Below are positions 44,324 through 53,709 of a stretch of DNA of 64,000 bases, piece after piece. The stretch is from Pseudomonadota bacterium (GTDB lineage: Bacteria; Myxococcota_A; Bradymonadia; Bradymonadales; GCA-2716585): NCBI GenBank assembly GCA_005804885.1, contig SYOX01000269.1, forward strand, positions 9,037 through 73,036. The letters are read 5' to 3'. The notes under the pieces were generated by a model. It was not told the origin of the DNA. It made no database searches and saw only the letters and a list, made by a program, of their open reading frames with translations. A program made the position numbers and the translations under genes. Position 1 is the stretch's first letter; each line of letters begins with the position of its first letter.

Positions 44324-45276
44324 GACAGGGGCTCCAGCCGGTGTCTGTCGGGGCCGAGGGCGTCGACGAGGGCGTCGGCGAGGGCGGGTCGGACGCCGAC
44401 GAGGGCGTGCATGACCTTGAGGATGGGCAGGGGGGCGCGGTCCTCGTCGAAGAGGGCGGCCTTGAAGCCTGGGGCGTGCTGTCGGGCGGCGTTGACGAGG
44501 GCCTCGCTGGGGTGTGCGCGTGCGGCGGACAGGACGCCGTCATGGCGAGAGAGGGGTTCGCGCATGCGGGCGACGTGGAAGATCCAGGCGCCGATGGGGG
44601 CGAGCCAGGAGGACTTGATGTCGAAGTGCATGAAGGCCATGGCCTCGGGGCGGTCCTGCTGGGCGAGGAAGGCGCCGAGGGAGGGTCCGCGGAAGTGGTG
44701 GATGACGCCGATGGACATGAAGATGGAGGCGGGCTGGGTGAGGTGGAAGGCGTTGGCGACCTCGAAGCGGCAGCGCAGGCCCTCGGCCTGGGCGAGCCGG
44801 CGCGCGCGCTCGATGAGGGCGAGGTGGTAGTCGGCGCCGACGAGCTCGACGTCGTCGCCGAGGTCGCCGAAGGCGGCCAGCCATCGGATCATGAAGCCTG
44901 GGCCGCAGCCGACGTCGACGACGCGGTAGGGGGGAGGCAGGCCGCAGTCGCGCATGGCCTGGAGGGTGGGGGCGAGGATGGCCTTGACGCGGGCGCCCTG
45001 GAGGAACTCCTCGCTGAGGCGCTGGATCTCGGAGTGGACGGCGAGCAGGAGCCGGTCGACGGCGTCGGGGTCGAGGTCGCCGCGATCGTCGACGGGCAGG
45101 CGCGCGACGATGTTGGCGGCGCGGCGGTTGTTGCGGCGCCGGAAGGCCTCGACGACCTGGGCGCGGGCGACGGGCCGCCGGGCGAGGGTGATGGGGTCAA
45201 AGTCGAGGATGAGATCGGAGATCTCGGGGTCGAAGGGGTCCAGATCGTCGCCCATCGGCAAGGGGCTCCTGGTCAC
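44320..45276 (-). CDS. Class I SAM-dependent methyltransferase
   Basis: YRVVDVGCGPGFMIRWLA (motif I) and VELVGADYHLALIERAR. The GTG at 45276 overlaps the DUF362 gene stop; the ATG at 45255 is an alternative start. Confidence 0.75.
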   Translation of the reverse strand: MTRSPLPMGDDLDPFDPEISDLILDFDPITLARRPVARAQVVEAFRRRNNRRAANIVARLPVDDRGDLDPDAVDRLLLAVHSEIQRLSEEFLQGARVKAILAPTLQAMRDCGLPPPYRVVDVGCGPGFMIRWLAAFGDLGDDVELVGADYHLALIERARRLAQAEGLRCRFEVANAFHLTQPASIFMSIGVIHHFRGPSLGAFLAQQDRPEAMAFMHFDIKSSWLAPIGAWIFHVARMREPLSRHDGVLSAARAHPSEALVNAARQHAPGFKAALFDEDRAPLPILKVMHALVGVRPALADALVDALGPDRHRLEPLS

Positions 45277-46799
45277 CGGGCTTCAAGAGGGGTCGAGGCG
45301 CCCGCGGGGGGCAGGTTCTGGTCGGGGCGAGCGGCGCCGCGGGCGGAGGGTCCGGGGATCTGATAGGGGGTGCCGCCGAGGCGCGCGATGGCCTGTCGGG
45401 AGCGCCAGGAGAGGTAGCTGCTGGTGAAGAGGACCATGTTCTTGGGGTCGAAGTAGGGGTTCTTGAGGTGGCCGAGCTCGACGAGGGCGAGCGCCTGTTC
45501 GGCGACGCTGACGGGGCAGCCGTGGATCTTGATGACGTCCTCGCTGCGCCGCATCTGGCGCGTGGTCTTGATCATCTTGGCGAAGATGTCGTCGTGGGTG
45601 GCGGTGTGCGGGTCCTTGTGGGATCGGTCGACGTAGGTGGACTGGATGTCGACCTGCTGTCCGGCGATCTCGCCCTTGAAGCGGGAGCAGTCGCCGATGA
45701 AGACGACTTTTTCGCCGGGTTTGGCGTCGATGGGGCCGTCGTAGTTGCCAAAGACGATGTGGATGGGGGGCATCTGGGTGTCGGTTCTGGGGTCAAAGAG
45801 GCGCAGGATCTCGATGGCCTCCTCCATGGCGCCGGGGCAGCCGCCCCAGCAGTAGTCGTCGCCGTGGCCGCCGGGGGGTGGGCCGGCGTAGGCGCGGATG
45901 TTGGTGTCCTTGAAGTAGTCCTCGACGCGGATCAGGCCGGTCTTGAAGCCGCGGGCCTTGTCGCAGGCCTGCTCGAAGCTGACGTCGCCGGCGAGGTCGA
46001 TCTGGTCCATGTCGACGGGGCCGAAGCCGCGCTCGTGGGCGAGCCGGATGTGGTCGACGGACAGGGGGTCGAGGCCGATGATGCGGCAGCAGACGGCGTC
46101 GAAGGCGACCTGGTTGTCGCCCATGATGATGAGGCCCATGTCGAAGGGCAGGGGGGTGAGCATGCGGCCTTCGCCGGCGGTGATGGCGTCGATGGCGATG
46201 AACTGGGGCTGGATGGCGTACTGGAGGTCGGCGATCTTCTCGTTGAGCTTGTGGTCGTGGTCGATGAGGCGGTGTCGGTCGTCCTGGATCCCGATGTAGT
46301 TCTTCATCGAGAAGGTCACGGTGGTCCAGGGGTGGGCCTTGAACTTGGGGCAGTTGACGAAGAAGTCGGCCTTGACCACCGGCTCGGGGAAGAACATGGC
46401 GTCGCGCAGGCGCTCGGGGTGGTACAGGGGCACCTCGATCTGGGGGACCTCGTCGAAGTGGTGGATCTTGACGCCGCCGACGCGCTTGACCATGGGGTAG
46501 TAGCCGGCGCCCTTGAAGGCGTAGCGCGTGGGCATGGTGATGCCGCAGCGCTCGCCGATGGCCAGTTCTTCGACCTTGTCATTGTCGCGGTCCTTGAGGG
46601 CCATCAGGACGCCCTCGATGAACTCGGGGCGGGTGTAGGCGTTGGGGAACTGGTCGCCGGAGGCCACGACGTTGGGCTTGACGAGGGTGCGGCCAAAGGG
46701 GCGCAGGTCGAGGTGTTCGAGGCCCTCGGTGACGATGCGCCGGATGCGGCCGCTGTCGTAGTTCGGGCAGGCTCGGAGGATCACGGTGGGGCGCTTCAT
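45273..46799 (-). CDS. DUF362-domain protein (extended, 508 aa)
   Basis: The N-terminus TVILRACPNYDSGRIRRIVTEGLEHLDLRPFGRTLVKPNVV...TRPEFIEGVLMAL matches the DUF362 pattern. Confidence 0.7.
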   Translation of the reverse strand: MKRPTVILRACPNYDSGRIRRIVTEGLEHLDLRPFGRTLVKPNVVASGDQFPNAYTRPEFIEGVLMALKDRDNDKVEELAIGERCGITMPTRYAFKGAGYYPMVKRVGGVKIHHFDEVPQIEVPLYHPERLRDAMFFPEPVVKADFFVNCPKFKAHPWTTVTFSMKNYIGIQDDRHRLIDHDHKLNEKIADLQYAIQPQFIAIDAITAGEGRMLTPLPFDMGLIIMGDNQVAFDAVCCRIIGLDPLSVDHIRLAHERGFGPVDMDQIDLAGDVSFEQACDKARGFKTGLIRVEDYFKDTNIRAYAGPPPGGHGDDYCWGGCPGAMEEAIEILRLFDPRTDTQMPPIHIVFGNYDGPIDAKPGEKVVFIGDCSRFKGEIAGQQVDIQSTYVDRSHKDPHTATHDDIFAKMIKTTRQMRRSEDVIKIHGCPVSVAEQALALVELGHLKNPYFDPKNMVLFTSSYLSWRSRQAIARLGGTPYQIPGPSARGAARPDQNLPPAGASTPLEAR

Positions 46800-46896
46800 G
46801 GCTACCTCGGCTCCGTCGGTGTGGGCGCGCCGTCTTGCGGGCCTCGTCCTGTAAGGTAGAGGCTCTGCTGGGCTTTGTCACCACACCCTGCCTGAG

Positions 46897-48276
46897 TTGG
46901 GAGAACTGGACAGGGCCGCGGCCGCTTGTAGGGTCGAGGGTCGAGGGCGCAGGGCGGAGGGGCGTGTGTCGGGTCGATGGACGAGGCGAGAGCTGCTGGC
47001 GGCGGGGGCGTGGGCGGGCGCCGGGCTGGCGGCGGGCCGCGCGATGGCGTGGGACGCGCCCTTGACGGGGGACTGGTCCGAGCCGCTGGGGCTGGGGTTG
47101 GAGGTGTCAGGGCGCGCGGGGCTGGAGCTGCCCGCGTGGGGGTCTGGCGAGGAGAGCGCGTCGTCGCAGACGGTGTTGATGTTCCGGGGCAACCCCTCGC
47201 ACACCTTCTATGGGACGGGGCCGGTGCCGGATCGGCCGGAGCTGTTGTGGTCCAGCAGGCTGGCCTCCTTCCCGACGACGCTGCGCGGCAAGCCGGTGAC
47301 GTGGGCGGGGACGGGCTGGACGGGCCAGGCCTCGAAGCTGGGGCGCTGGGTCTTCGTCGGGGGGCAGGGCTGCGTGCTCTACGCCTTTGACGCCGACAGC
47401 GGCGAGGTGGGCTGGCGCTTCCGGGCCGAGAGGATGTTCAAGAGCTCGCTGTGCGTCTACGAGAACCGGATCTACATCGGCAATGTGGACGACCACCTCT
47501 ATTGCGTGGACGCGCGAACGGGGAAGCTGGTGTGGCGCTACAACACGGGGGACGACTGCGACTCGTCGCCGTGCGTGTACCAGGACAAGGTCTACGTGTG
47601 CGGGGAGGCGGGGTTCGCGCACTGCCTGGAGCCGAGGACAGGGGCGGTGCACTGGAAGGCCTTCGTCGGCGGCATCGGGCCAGGGACGAAGCCAGGATCG
47701 AACGGCTCGGAGACCTCGCCGGCGGTCGACGACGGGGAGATGTACCTGGCCAACTACCACGGGGAGGTCAAGTGCCTGGACGCGCGCACGGGGCAGCAGC
47801 GGTGGGTGACGCAGACGGGGGACGACACGGACGCGTCGGTGGTGGTGCTGGGCGACAGGATCTACGCGGCGGCGGAGGCGGGCTCGCCGAAGGTCTTCTG
47901 CTTTGATCGGGCGGGCGGCCGGGAGGTGTGGTCGCGGTCCAACGGAGCGGGCTGGTGGTCGACGCCGGCGGTGGTGGGCGAGCGGCTCTACATCGGGGGT
48001 CACGACGGGGTGTTCTACTGCCTGGACGCGCGGGACGGGGCGGAGGTGTGGCGCTTCGAGGTGGGCGCGTCGGTGTGGAGCTCTCCGGTGGTGGTCGAGG
48101 ACAAGGTGATCTTTGGGAGCCTGGGGTCGAAGGTGCTGATGCTGGAGGCCGAGAGCGGGCGGCTCATCTGGGAGGTCGGGGTGCAGGGGGGGTGCTTCTC
48201 GACGCCCTGCGTGGTGGACGGGCGCATCTACGTGGGCTCGTCGGGGGGCGTGTTCTACTGCTTCGGGAGGGGCTGA
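46897..48276 (+). CDS. Exported PQQ-like beta-propeller repeat protein (Tat-type leader; start uncertain)
   Basis: RRELLAAGAWAGAGLAAGRAMA twin-arginine leader. Repeated blades LYAFDADSGEVGWRF / LYCVDARTGKLVWRY / VKCLDARTGQQRWV / FYCLDARDGAEVWRF. Confidence 0.75.
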   Translation: MGELDRAAAACRVEGRGRRAEGRVSGRWTRRELLAAGAWAGAGLAAGRAMAWDAPLTGDWSEPLGLGLEVSGRAGLELPAWGSGEESASSQTVLMFRGNPSHTFYGTGPVPDRPELLWSSRLASFPTTLRGKPVTWAGTGWTGQASKLGRWVFVGGQGCVLYAFDADSGEVGWRFRAERMFKSSLCVYENRIYIGNVDDHLYCVDARTGKLVWRYNTGDDCDSSPCVYQDKVYVCGEAGFAHCLEPRTGAVHWKAFVGGIGPGTKPGSNGSETSPAVDDGEMYLANYHGEVKCLDARTGQQRWVTQTGDDTDASVVVLGDRIYAAAEAGSPKVFCFDRAGGREVWSRSNGAGWWSTPAVVGERLYIGGHDGVFYCLDARDGAEVWRFEVGASVWSSPVVVEDKVIFGSLGSKVLMLEAESGRLIWEVGVQGGCFSTPCVVDGRIYVGSSGGVFYCFGRG

Positions 48277-48340
48277 TGGCCTGTTCAGGGCCGTAGCCAT
48301 CGGGATCGTGTGGGCGGGCGTCGGCTTCTTGTTTTTTTGT

Positions 48341-48370
48341 TTGACAGCGGCGTGAACTCTTGTCTAGTAT
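48341..48370 (+). promoter_or_regulatory. Candidate sigma70-type promoter of the WGR-SWIM-retron transcription unit
   Basis: TTGACA (48341-46), an 18-nt spacer, then TAGTAT (48365-70), in the only AT-rich patch of this region. A GAGAGGGGG Shine-Dalgarno sequence lies about 11 nt before the GTG at 48411. Confidence 0.4.
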
Positions 48371-48410
48371 GTCGATGGTCAACGCATTTTAGAGAGGGGG
48401 TTTCCTCACC

Positions 48411-51400
48411 GTGAAGCTTATCGAACAAACTGTCCTGGTTTTTACAGCCGGCCTCACCGAGAAGGTCTACGAGATCGATCTTTGTGAGGTGGGGGTGGGG
48501 CAGTATGTGGTGAACTTCCGGTATGGTCGGCGGGGTCACCCGCTCAAGGACGGCTCAAGGACGGTGCTGCCGGTGGGTCGGGTCGAGGCGGAGCGGGAGT
48601 ACGCCAAGCTCCGGGACGACAAGCTCAAGGCGGGATACCGAGAGGGCGGCGCGCCGACGCCGACGTCCAGCGCGCCGTCGATCGTGTCGACGACGCCAGC
48701 GCGGCCCGCGTCGAGCGGGCCGGTGAGGCCGACGATGTCGACGCCCTCGCCGCCGCCAGCGCGGCCCTCGCCGCCGCCGGTGACGGGGGTGATGCCGGGG
48801 GGGGCAGGGCGGTCGGCGCGGTCGGGGGTGTCGGCGGCCCAGGAGAGGGCGGTGCTCGATCGCTTGCGGCAGGGCGAGGTCGGCGTGGATCGGGGGGAGC
48901 CGCGCGGCGGGCGCTTCGCGGGCCGCGCGCGGCGGGTGATCGATCGGTTCAGCGGTCGAGCGACGCCGATGGAGACGCGCTGGAGGTTGAACCGGGCGAT
49001 ATGGCGCGCGGGGGAGATGAGGCTGCGCGACGCCGAGGGGCTGCTGCTGGGGATGCTGGGCAGCGGCCGGCCGATGCGGGATTACTGCGTGGCCTGGGCG
49101 CTGGGTTTTTGCGGCTCGTCGGCGTCGATCCCGACCTTGAACTGGATGTTCTCGGACGCGTCGAGGCCGGAGTTCGAGCGGCGGATCGCGGCCGAGGCGC
49201 TCTTGAAGGTCTACGACGAGCGCGGGAAGGGGGCGTTCAGGGAGTCGCTGCTGGCGTCGCTGCCGGGGTCCTTGCAGGGGCCGGCCCGTGGGGGATCTGC
49301 GGAGGTCTTCGCGGAGGCGCTGCGCGGGTATTTGAGCCCCGAGGCTCGGCATACGAACTTTGAGGTGCTGGACACGATCTACTTGATCGACAGCCCGACG
49401 GTGAGGCCGGCGCTGCTGGATGTGTTGAGGTCGGCGCCCTTGAGGCCGCCGTGGTTCAGGTCCATCCGCCACATCTTCAAGTCGTCGGAGTACCGCCGCG
49501 ACGGGGAGGTCTTCGGGATCATCGCGCACCGCTTCGAGAAGTCCCAGGCCTTCTTCCGGCAAGGGCGCTATGGCTCCTATGTGCGGGATAACTCTGGGAG
49601 ATCCCGGTGGCAGAACAGGGCGCAGGTGAAGGAGGAGCTCAAGCGAAGCTCGTCGACGATCGCCTACGGGGACACGACGCGCTGGTATTTGAGGCAGAGG
49701 GTGTGGTGGACGCTCGATCGGCTGGGGGAGCTTGACGACCCCGATTACGTCAAGATGTGCGTCGGCGTGTTGCTGCCCTACGCAGACAGTGACGCGCGGG
49801 CGACGAAGACGATCAGCCGCTATTCGTGGCGGCAACGGCGGTCGATCAACAAGCAGTGGGACGCGTGGGCGTCCTACCTCTCCTTCAACCACATCTTGTA
49901 CGGCAAGAGCCCTCGGTACGGCTTCAAGCGGGGGAGCAAGGCCTGGTTCTGCAAGGAGGGTTACAGCCTGGGGGGTCCGGAGCCGAGGGTGCGCGAGGAG
50001 TCCTTCGGGCACCTGTGGGACAGGGTGCCGCAGGGGCTCTTCCACCTGATGGCCGAGAGCAAGTGCGAGCCGGTGCACCGCTTCGCGGTCAAGGCGGCGC
50101 GGGGCAACAGGGCGGTGCTGAGTTCGCTGGGCGTCGACGCGATCGCGATGATGCTCGGCGCGGCCTACGAGGTGACGGCGGATCTGGGCTTTGAGCTGGC
50201 CGAGGCGCGCTACAACCCCTCGGCGCCGAGCCGGGAGCTCTTGCTGGCGGCGGCGACCTCGGTGTCCAGGGCGGCCAGGGAGCGCTCGCAGGTGTGGCTC
50301 AGGGATGGCCGAGGGCACTTCCTGTCGGATGGGGTGTTGCTGGCGCAGCTGATGACGTGCGCCTTCGAGGATACGCGGTGGTTCGTCAGAGAGGTGATCG
50401 ACGCCTCGTCGATCCCGGATCACGCGGCGCGGGGGCTGATCGGCCGGCTGGTGTCGCACCTGATGGGGCTCAAGGCGGGGGAGGAGGCGGTCGCGCGGGA
50501 CGTGGCCGACTTGCTCGTGCGGCGCTTCGGGTCGCTGCTGGCGGGGATCTCGCTGGAGGTGGTCCGGGATCTGCTGGGTCACGGGCTGTCGGAGGTGCAG
50601 TCCTTCGGCGCGGATGTGCTGCTGGCGCGTGAGGGCGAGCCGATGGTGGACTCTGGCACCGTCGAGGCGATGCTGGGGTCGAAGTTCGCGGGGGTGCGCG
50701 GTCGCGGCGTGCGGCTCCTCGGGCGCTTCTCGGATCGTGTCCTGCTGGGTCGCCAGGAGCTGTTGTTGACCTTGCTCCTGCACGAGCTGGGGGACGTGCG
50801 CGACGCGGCGCGGCCGATCGTGGCGCGGCTGGCCGGGGTGCACCCGATCTTCGCGGCGGAGGTCGTGCGCGTGTTGATCGACGTGCTGCTGGCCAACCGG
50901 ATCTCCGAGGAGGTGTCGCCCTTCGTGTCTCGGGTCTTGCGCGAGGATCTGAGCGGCGCGATGGCGGGCGTGTCGCGCGATCAGGTGTGGAGGCTGCTCA
51001 AGGGTTCGACGGGCGCGGCCCAGGAGGTCGGCGGGGTGTTGATGGGGACGCACCTGTCGCCGGAGTCGCTCAGCGTCGGTGAGCTCGTGGAGCTGTCCAG
51101 CCACGAGATCCTGTCGGTCAGGGTCGCGTCGCGCGGGATGCTGGAGCGCAGCGTCGGTCGGGTCAAGAAAGAGCTGGGGTTGGCGCTGGGGGTGCTGGAC
51201 TCGCGGTGGGATGACACGCGGGCCTGGGCCTTTGCCTACTTCCGGGATCGCTTCGAGGGTGATGACTGGACGCCGGGCTTGCTGGTGGGCATCTGCGACA
51301 GCGTCAAGGAGGACGTCCAGCGCTTCGGTCGTGAGATGATCACGCGCCACTTCCAGGACGAGTCAGGGCAGGAGATCATGCTCAAGCTCAGCGAGCACCC

Positions 51401-51752
51401 CTCGGGCAACCTGCAGCTCTTCGTGACCCATTATCTGGAGCGATACGCGGCCGGGGACGCGGCGCGGCTGCGGGAGCTGGCGCCCTACTTCAAGCGCGTG
51501 CTGTGCGGGATCAACCGGGGGAGGGTGGCCAAGAAGCGCATCTTTGACTTCCTGGGGCGCGAGGCGGCGGGCGGCCTGGAGGCCGCCGAGGTCGTCGCCG
51601 ACGTGCTCGACGGGGTGTCCGCCTCGATCTCGGTGGAGTCCAGGGCCGAGGCCATCGGGGTGTTGTTGAGCGTGCACGCAGCCCACCCGGGGATCGCGGT
51701 GCCGATCCGGGTCGTTGAGGTCGAAGAGCGCTCGGCGCGGGGAGGGCTGTGA
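48411..51752 (+). CDS. WGR-domain protein with Pro/Ser-rich linker and about 950 aa of HEAT/ARM-like helical repeats
   Basis: The N-terminus KVYEIDLCEVGVGQYVVNFRYGRRGHPLKDGSRTVLPVGRVEAEREYAKLRDDKLKAGYREGG is a WGR domain. The rest is helical-repeat-like (for example RDYCVAWALGFCGSSASIPTLNWMFSDASRPEFERRIAAEALLKV). Confidence 0.8.
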   Translation: MKLIEQTVLVFTAGLTEKVYEIDLCEVGVGQYVVNFRYGRRGHPLKDGSRTVLPVGRVEAEREYAKLRDDKLKAGYREGGAPTPTSSAPSIVSTTPARPASSGPVRPTMSTPSPPPARPSPPPVTGVMPGGAGRSARSGVSAAQERAVLDRLRQGEVGVDRGEPRGGRFAGRARRVIDRFSGRATPMETRWRLNRAIWRAGEMRLRDAEGLLLGMLGSGRPMRDYCVAWALGFCGSSASIPTLNWMFSDASRPEFERRIAAEALLKVYDERGKGAFRESLLASLPGSLQGPARGGSAEVFAEALRGYLSPEARHTNFEVLDTIYLIDSPTVRPALLDVLRSAPLRPPWFRSIRHIFKSSEYRRDGEVFGIIAHRFEKSQAFFRQGRYGSYVRDNSGRSRWQNRAQVKEELKRSSSTIAYGDTTRWYLRQRVWWTLDRLGELDDPDYVKMCVGVLLPYADSDARATKTISRYSWRQRRSINKQWDAWASYLSFNHILYGKSPRYGFKRGSKAWFCKEGYSLGGPEPRVREESFGHLWDRVPQGLFHLMAESKCEPVHRFAVKAARGNRAVLSSLGVDAIAMMLGAAYEVTADLGFELAEARYNPSAPSRELLLAAATSVSRAARERSQVWLRDGRGHFLSDGVLLAQLMTCAFEDTRWFVREVIDASSIPDHAARGLIGRLVSHLMGLKAGEEAVARDVADLLVRRFGSLLAGISLEVVRDLLGHGLSEVQSFGADVLLAREGEPMVDSGTVEAMLGSKFAGVRGRGVRLLGRFSDRVLLGRQELLLTLLLHELGDVRDAARPIVARLAGVHPIFAAEVVRVLIDVLLANRISEEVSPFVSRVLREDLSGAMAGVSRDQVWRLLKGSTGAAQEVGGVLMGTHLSPESLSVGELVELSSHEILSVRVASRGMLERSVGRVKKELGLALGVLDSRWDDTRAWAFAYFRDRFEGDDWTPGLLVGICDSVKEDVQRFGREMITRHFQDESGQEIMLKLSEHPSGNLQLFVTHYLERYAAGDAARLRELAPYFKRVLCGINRGRVAKKRIFDFLGREAAGGLEAAEVVADVLDGVSASISVESRAEAIGVLLSVHAAHPGIAVPIRVVEVEERSARGGL

Positions 51753-53404
51753 TGGAGTTCACCTACTCCTACCTGGGCAGCAGCGGGGTGCGCAACCGAG
51801 GGGAAGGGACGGCGATGTCCTTCGTGCCGGACGCGCGCCGGGAGCCGACCTTCTTCAGGGGGCGGCTGCGCAAGAATATCGCCTTCCGAGAGGCGATCAG
51901 CGCGCTGCACGACGTGGTCATCTCGGACTTGCGCTACCAGCCCAAGGACAAGACGCATTACAAGGAGTGGCTTGAGCGCCAGGAGATGGTCGACTGGGCG
52001 GCGGTGTCGGGGCAGCGGGCCGAGGTCGAGCGCCTCGTGGCGCCCTTGCAGCGCGAGCTCAACGAGGTCAACCAGCGGATCAGCGAGCAGATGTCCGCCT
52101 ACTGGCGGGCGCAGTCGAGCCTCTACACCTACATGTACGAGCGGGATCGCAACGTCTGGTTCGTGCTCGATCCGGTGATCACGGTCCCCCCCGCCGAGGT
52201 CTTCTTCGAGTGCTTCAGCCAGGATGAGTCGAGCTACGGTCGCCTTGGGGCCAGCTACGAGGTCTTCAAGGACATCGGCGAGTTCGCCTGCGGGACGACG
52301 AACGTGGACTACTCGTCCGAGCTCTACGACGAGTTCCAGAAGATCCGCTCGTACAAGGAGACGGACTTCGAGGTTGATCCGTCGGGCTTCGAGGTCAGGA
52401 CGGAGGGCGAGGAGGCGCACAAGGAGGTCAAGATCGACCTTCCGGACACATGGGTCCGGGGTTTCTTGCAGGTCAACTCGGCCATGGCGATGCCCTCGGT
52501 GCGCTTTGATCTGCACCCGATGGACGTGCACAACTTCTGCTTCGTGCTGCGGCGGAACAAGGAGAAGAAGGGCCCTCGCTCGATGCGCTATGTGTTGAGG
52601 CCCGGCGAGCCGGTGCGGGTGATCTTCGAGCCCTGGGGTCTGGAGGTGGTCTGCCCGCGTTCGATCTTCAAGGGGGAGGAGGCCCACGAGATCCGGGTCT
52701 GGGGTCGCCGTCGGATTCAGATCCTCGAGCGGCTCATCCCGGCGGCGAGGCGCTTTACGGTGCACCTGCTCGGCCAGGGGATGCCCTCGTTCTATGTGGC
52801 GGATCTGGGGGACATGTCCTTCACGCTGGGGTTGTCGGGCTGGACGAAGAACGACTGGTCGACGGCGGGCAACTTCGATCTGATGGCGCCGCGAGCGGCG
52901 GTCGACAACATGACGATGCGGCGGGTCTTCCACGGCCTCAAGGAGACCTGGTTCGAGGCGCCGGACAGGCTGGCCAGCCGCCTGGGGCTGGATCGGTCGG
53001 TGGTGCTCGGTGCGCTCGGGGCCTACACGCAGGCGGGCCGGGCGATCTACGACATCAACAAGAATGTCTATAGAGTTCGGGAGCTTAGCCGCGAGCCCCT
53101 GCCCATGGACAGGCTGCGCTTCGCCAACGAGCGCGAGCAGGAGGCGACGGCCCTGGTCGATCAGGGCAAGGTCACCGTGTTGCGGGCCGATCGGACGCCG
53201 GAGGCGGCGCTTCGGCTGTCGGGCCGCGTGCGGGAGGGGCGCGAGGAGCTTCTCCCGAGTTTGCTTATTGATCCGGATGAGCGTATTATCGAGGCAGAGT
53301 GCTCTTGTTACTGGCATCGTCAGAACAAGCTCTACAAGGGCCCCTGCTCACACATCCTGGCGCTGCGGATGGGACATTCGCGGCGCTCGGGTCGAAGGCC
53401 GTAG
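51749..53404 (+). CDS. SWIM zinc-finger protein (551 aa)
   Basis: C-terminal CSCYWHRQNKLYKGPCSHILAL matches the SWIM signature CxC-x(n)-CxH. The start (GTG 51749 / ATG 51752) overlaps the stop of the WGR gene. Confidence 0.8.
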   Translation: MMEFTYSYLGSSGVRNRGEGTAMSFVPDARREPTFFRGRLRKNIAFREAISALHDVVISDLRYQPKDKTHYKEWLERQEMVDWAAVSGQRAEVERLVAPLQRELNEVNQRISEQMSAYWRAQSSLYTYMYERDRNVWFVLDPVITVPPAEVFFECFSQDESSYGRLGASYEVFKDIGEFACGTTNVDYSSELYDEFQKIRSYKETDFEVDPSGFEVRTEGEEAHKEVKIDLPDTWVRGFLQVNSAMAMPSVRFDLHPMDVHNFCFVLRRNKEKKGPRSMRYVLRPGEPVRVIFEPWGLEVVCPRSIFKGEEAHEIRVWGRRRIQILERLIPAARRFTVHLLGQGMPSFYVADLGDMSFTLGLSGWTKNDWSTAGNFDLMAPRAAVDNMTMRRVFHGLKETWFEAPDRLASRLGLDRSVVLGALGAYTQAGRAIYDINKNVYRVRELSREPLPMDRLRFANEREQEATALVDQGKVTVLRADRTPEAALRLSGRVREGREELLPSLLIDPDERIIEAECSCYWHRQNKLYKGPCSHILALRMGHSRRSGRRP

Positions 53405-53454
53405 CTGGACGGCGAGGGGGGTATTGTGAGATTTTTCCAGCAGAGTGCTGAGAG

Positions 53455-53701
53455 CCCACAGACGCAACGGGCAGAGGTGACAGGGCCTTGCAACCCGGGC
53501 GGCGGATCGCCGTCCATGTCGAATGACCTGCCATGCGTCACTGGCTCGCTCCTTACTTGGGCGTGGGCAGGGTCCCCGTCGGCTTTGCGGACCCGTTTCC
53601 GTGAAAGCCAAATGCCGACGGGGACCCCGCCCACGCTTGAGTTGAGCGATCCAGTCAACGGACCTTTCGAAGGTGTCACTTCTGACCGTTGCGCCTGTGG
53701 G
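53455..53701 (+). ncRNA. Retron non-coding RNA (msr-msd): flanking inverted repeats, msr about 53483-53540, msd template about 53541-53673
   Basis: 53455-53482 (CCCACAGACGCAACGGGCAGAGGTGACA) pairs with 53674-53701 (TGTCACTTCTGACCGTTGCGCCTGTGGG): 25 Watson-Crick pairs, 1 G-U and 2 mismatches. A GGG follows the 5' arm directly. 53541-53654 forms a 114-nt imperfect hairpin, including GCGTGGGCAGGGTCCCCGTCGGC / GCCGACGGGGACCCCGCCCACGC. The RT ATG lies 9 nt after the 3' arm. Confidence 0.75.
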
Positions 53702-53709
53702 TTCCCATC

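Noticed and set aside
48555-51350. 931-aa minus-strand ORF
   Set aside because: It is antisense to the WGR/helical-repeat gene and has an extreme Arg/Pro/His composition. The plus-frame product has a clean WGR domain and helical repeats.
53405-53454. Dedicated promoter for the retron ncRNA
   Set aside because: The best hexamers (TTGTGA ... GCTGAG) are a poor match to the -35 and -10 consensus. I could not support a promoter call, so the ncRNA may be processed from the upstream operon transcript.
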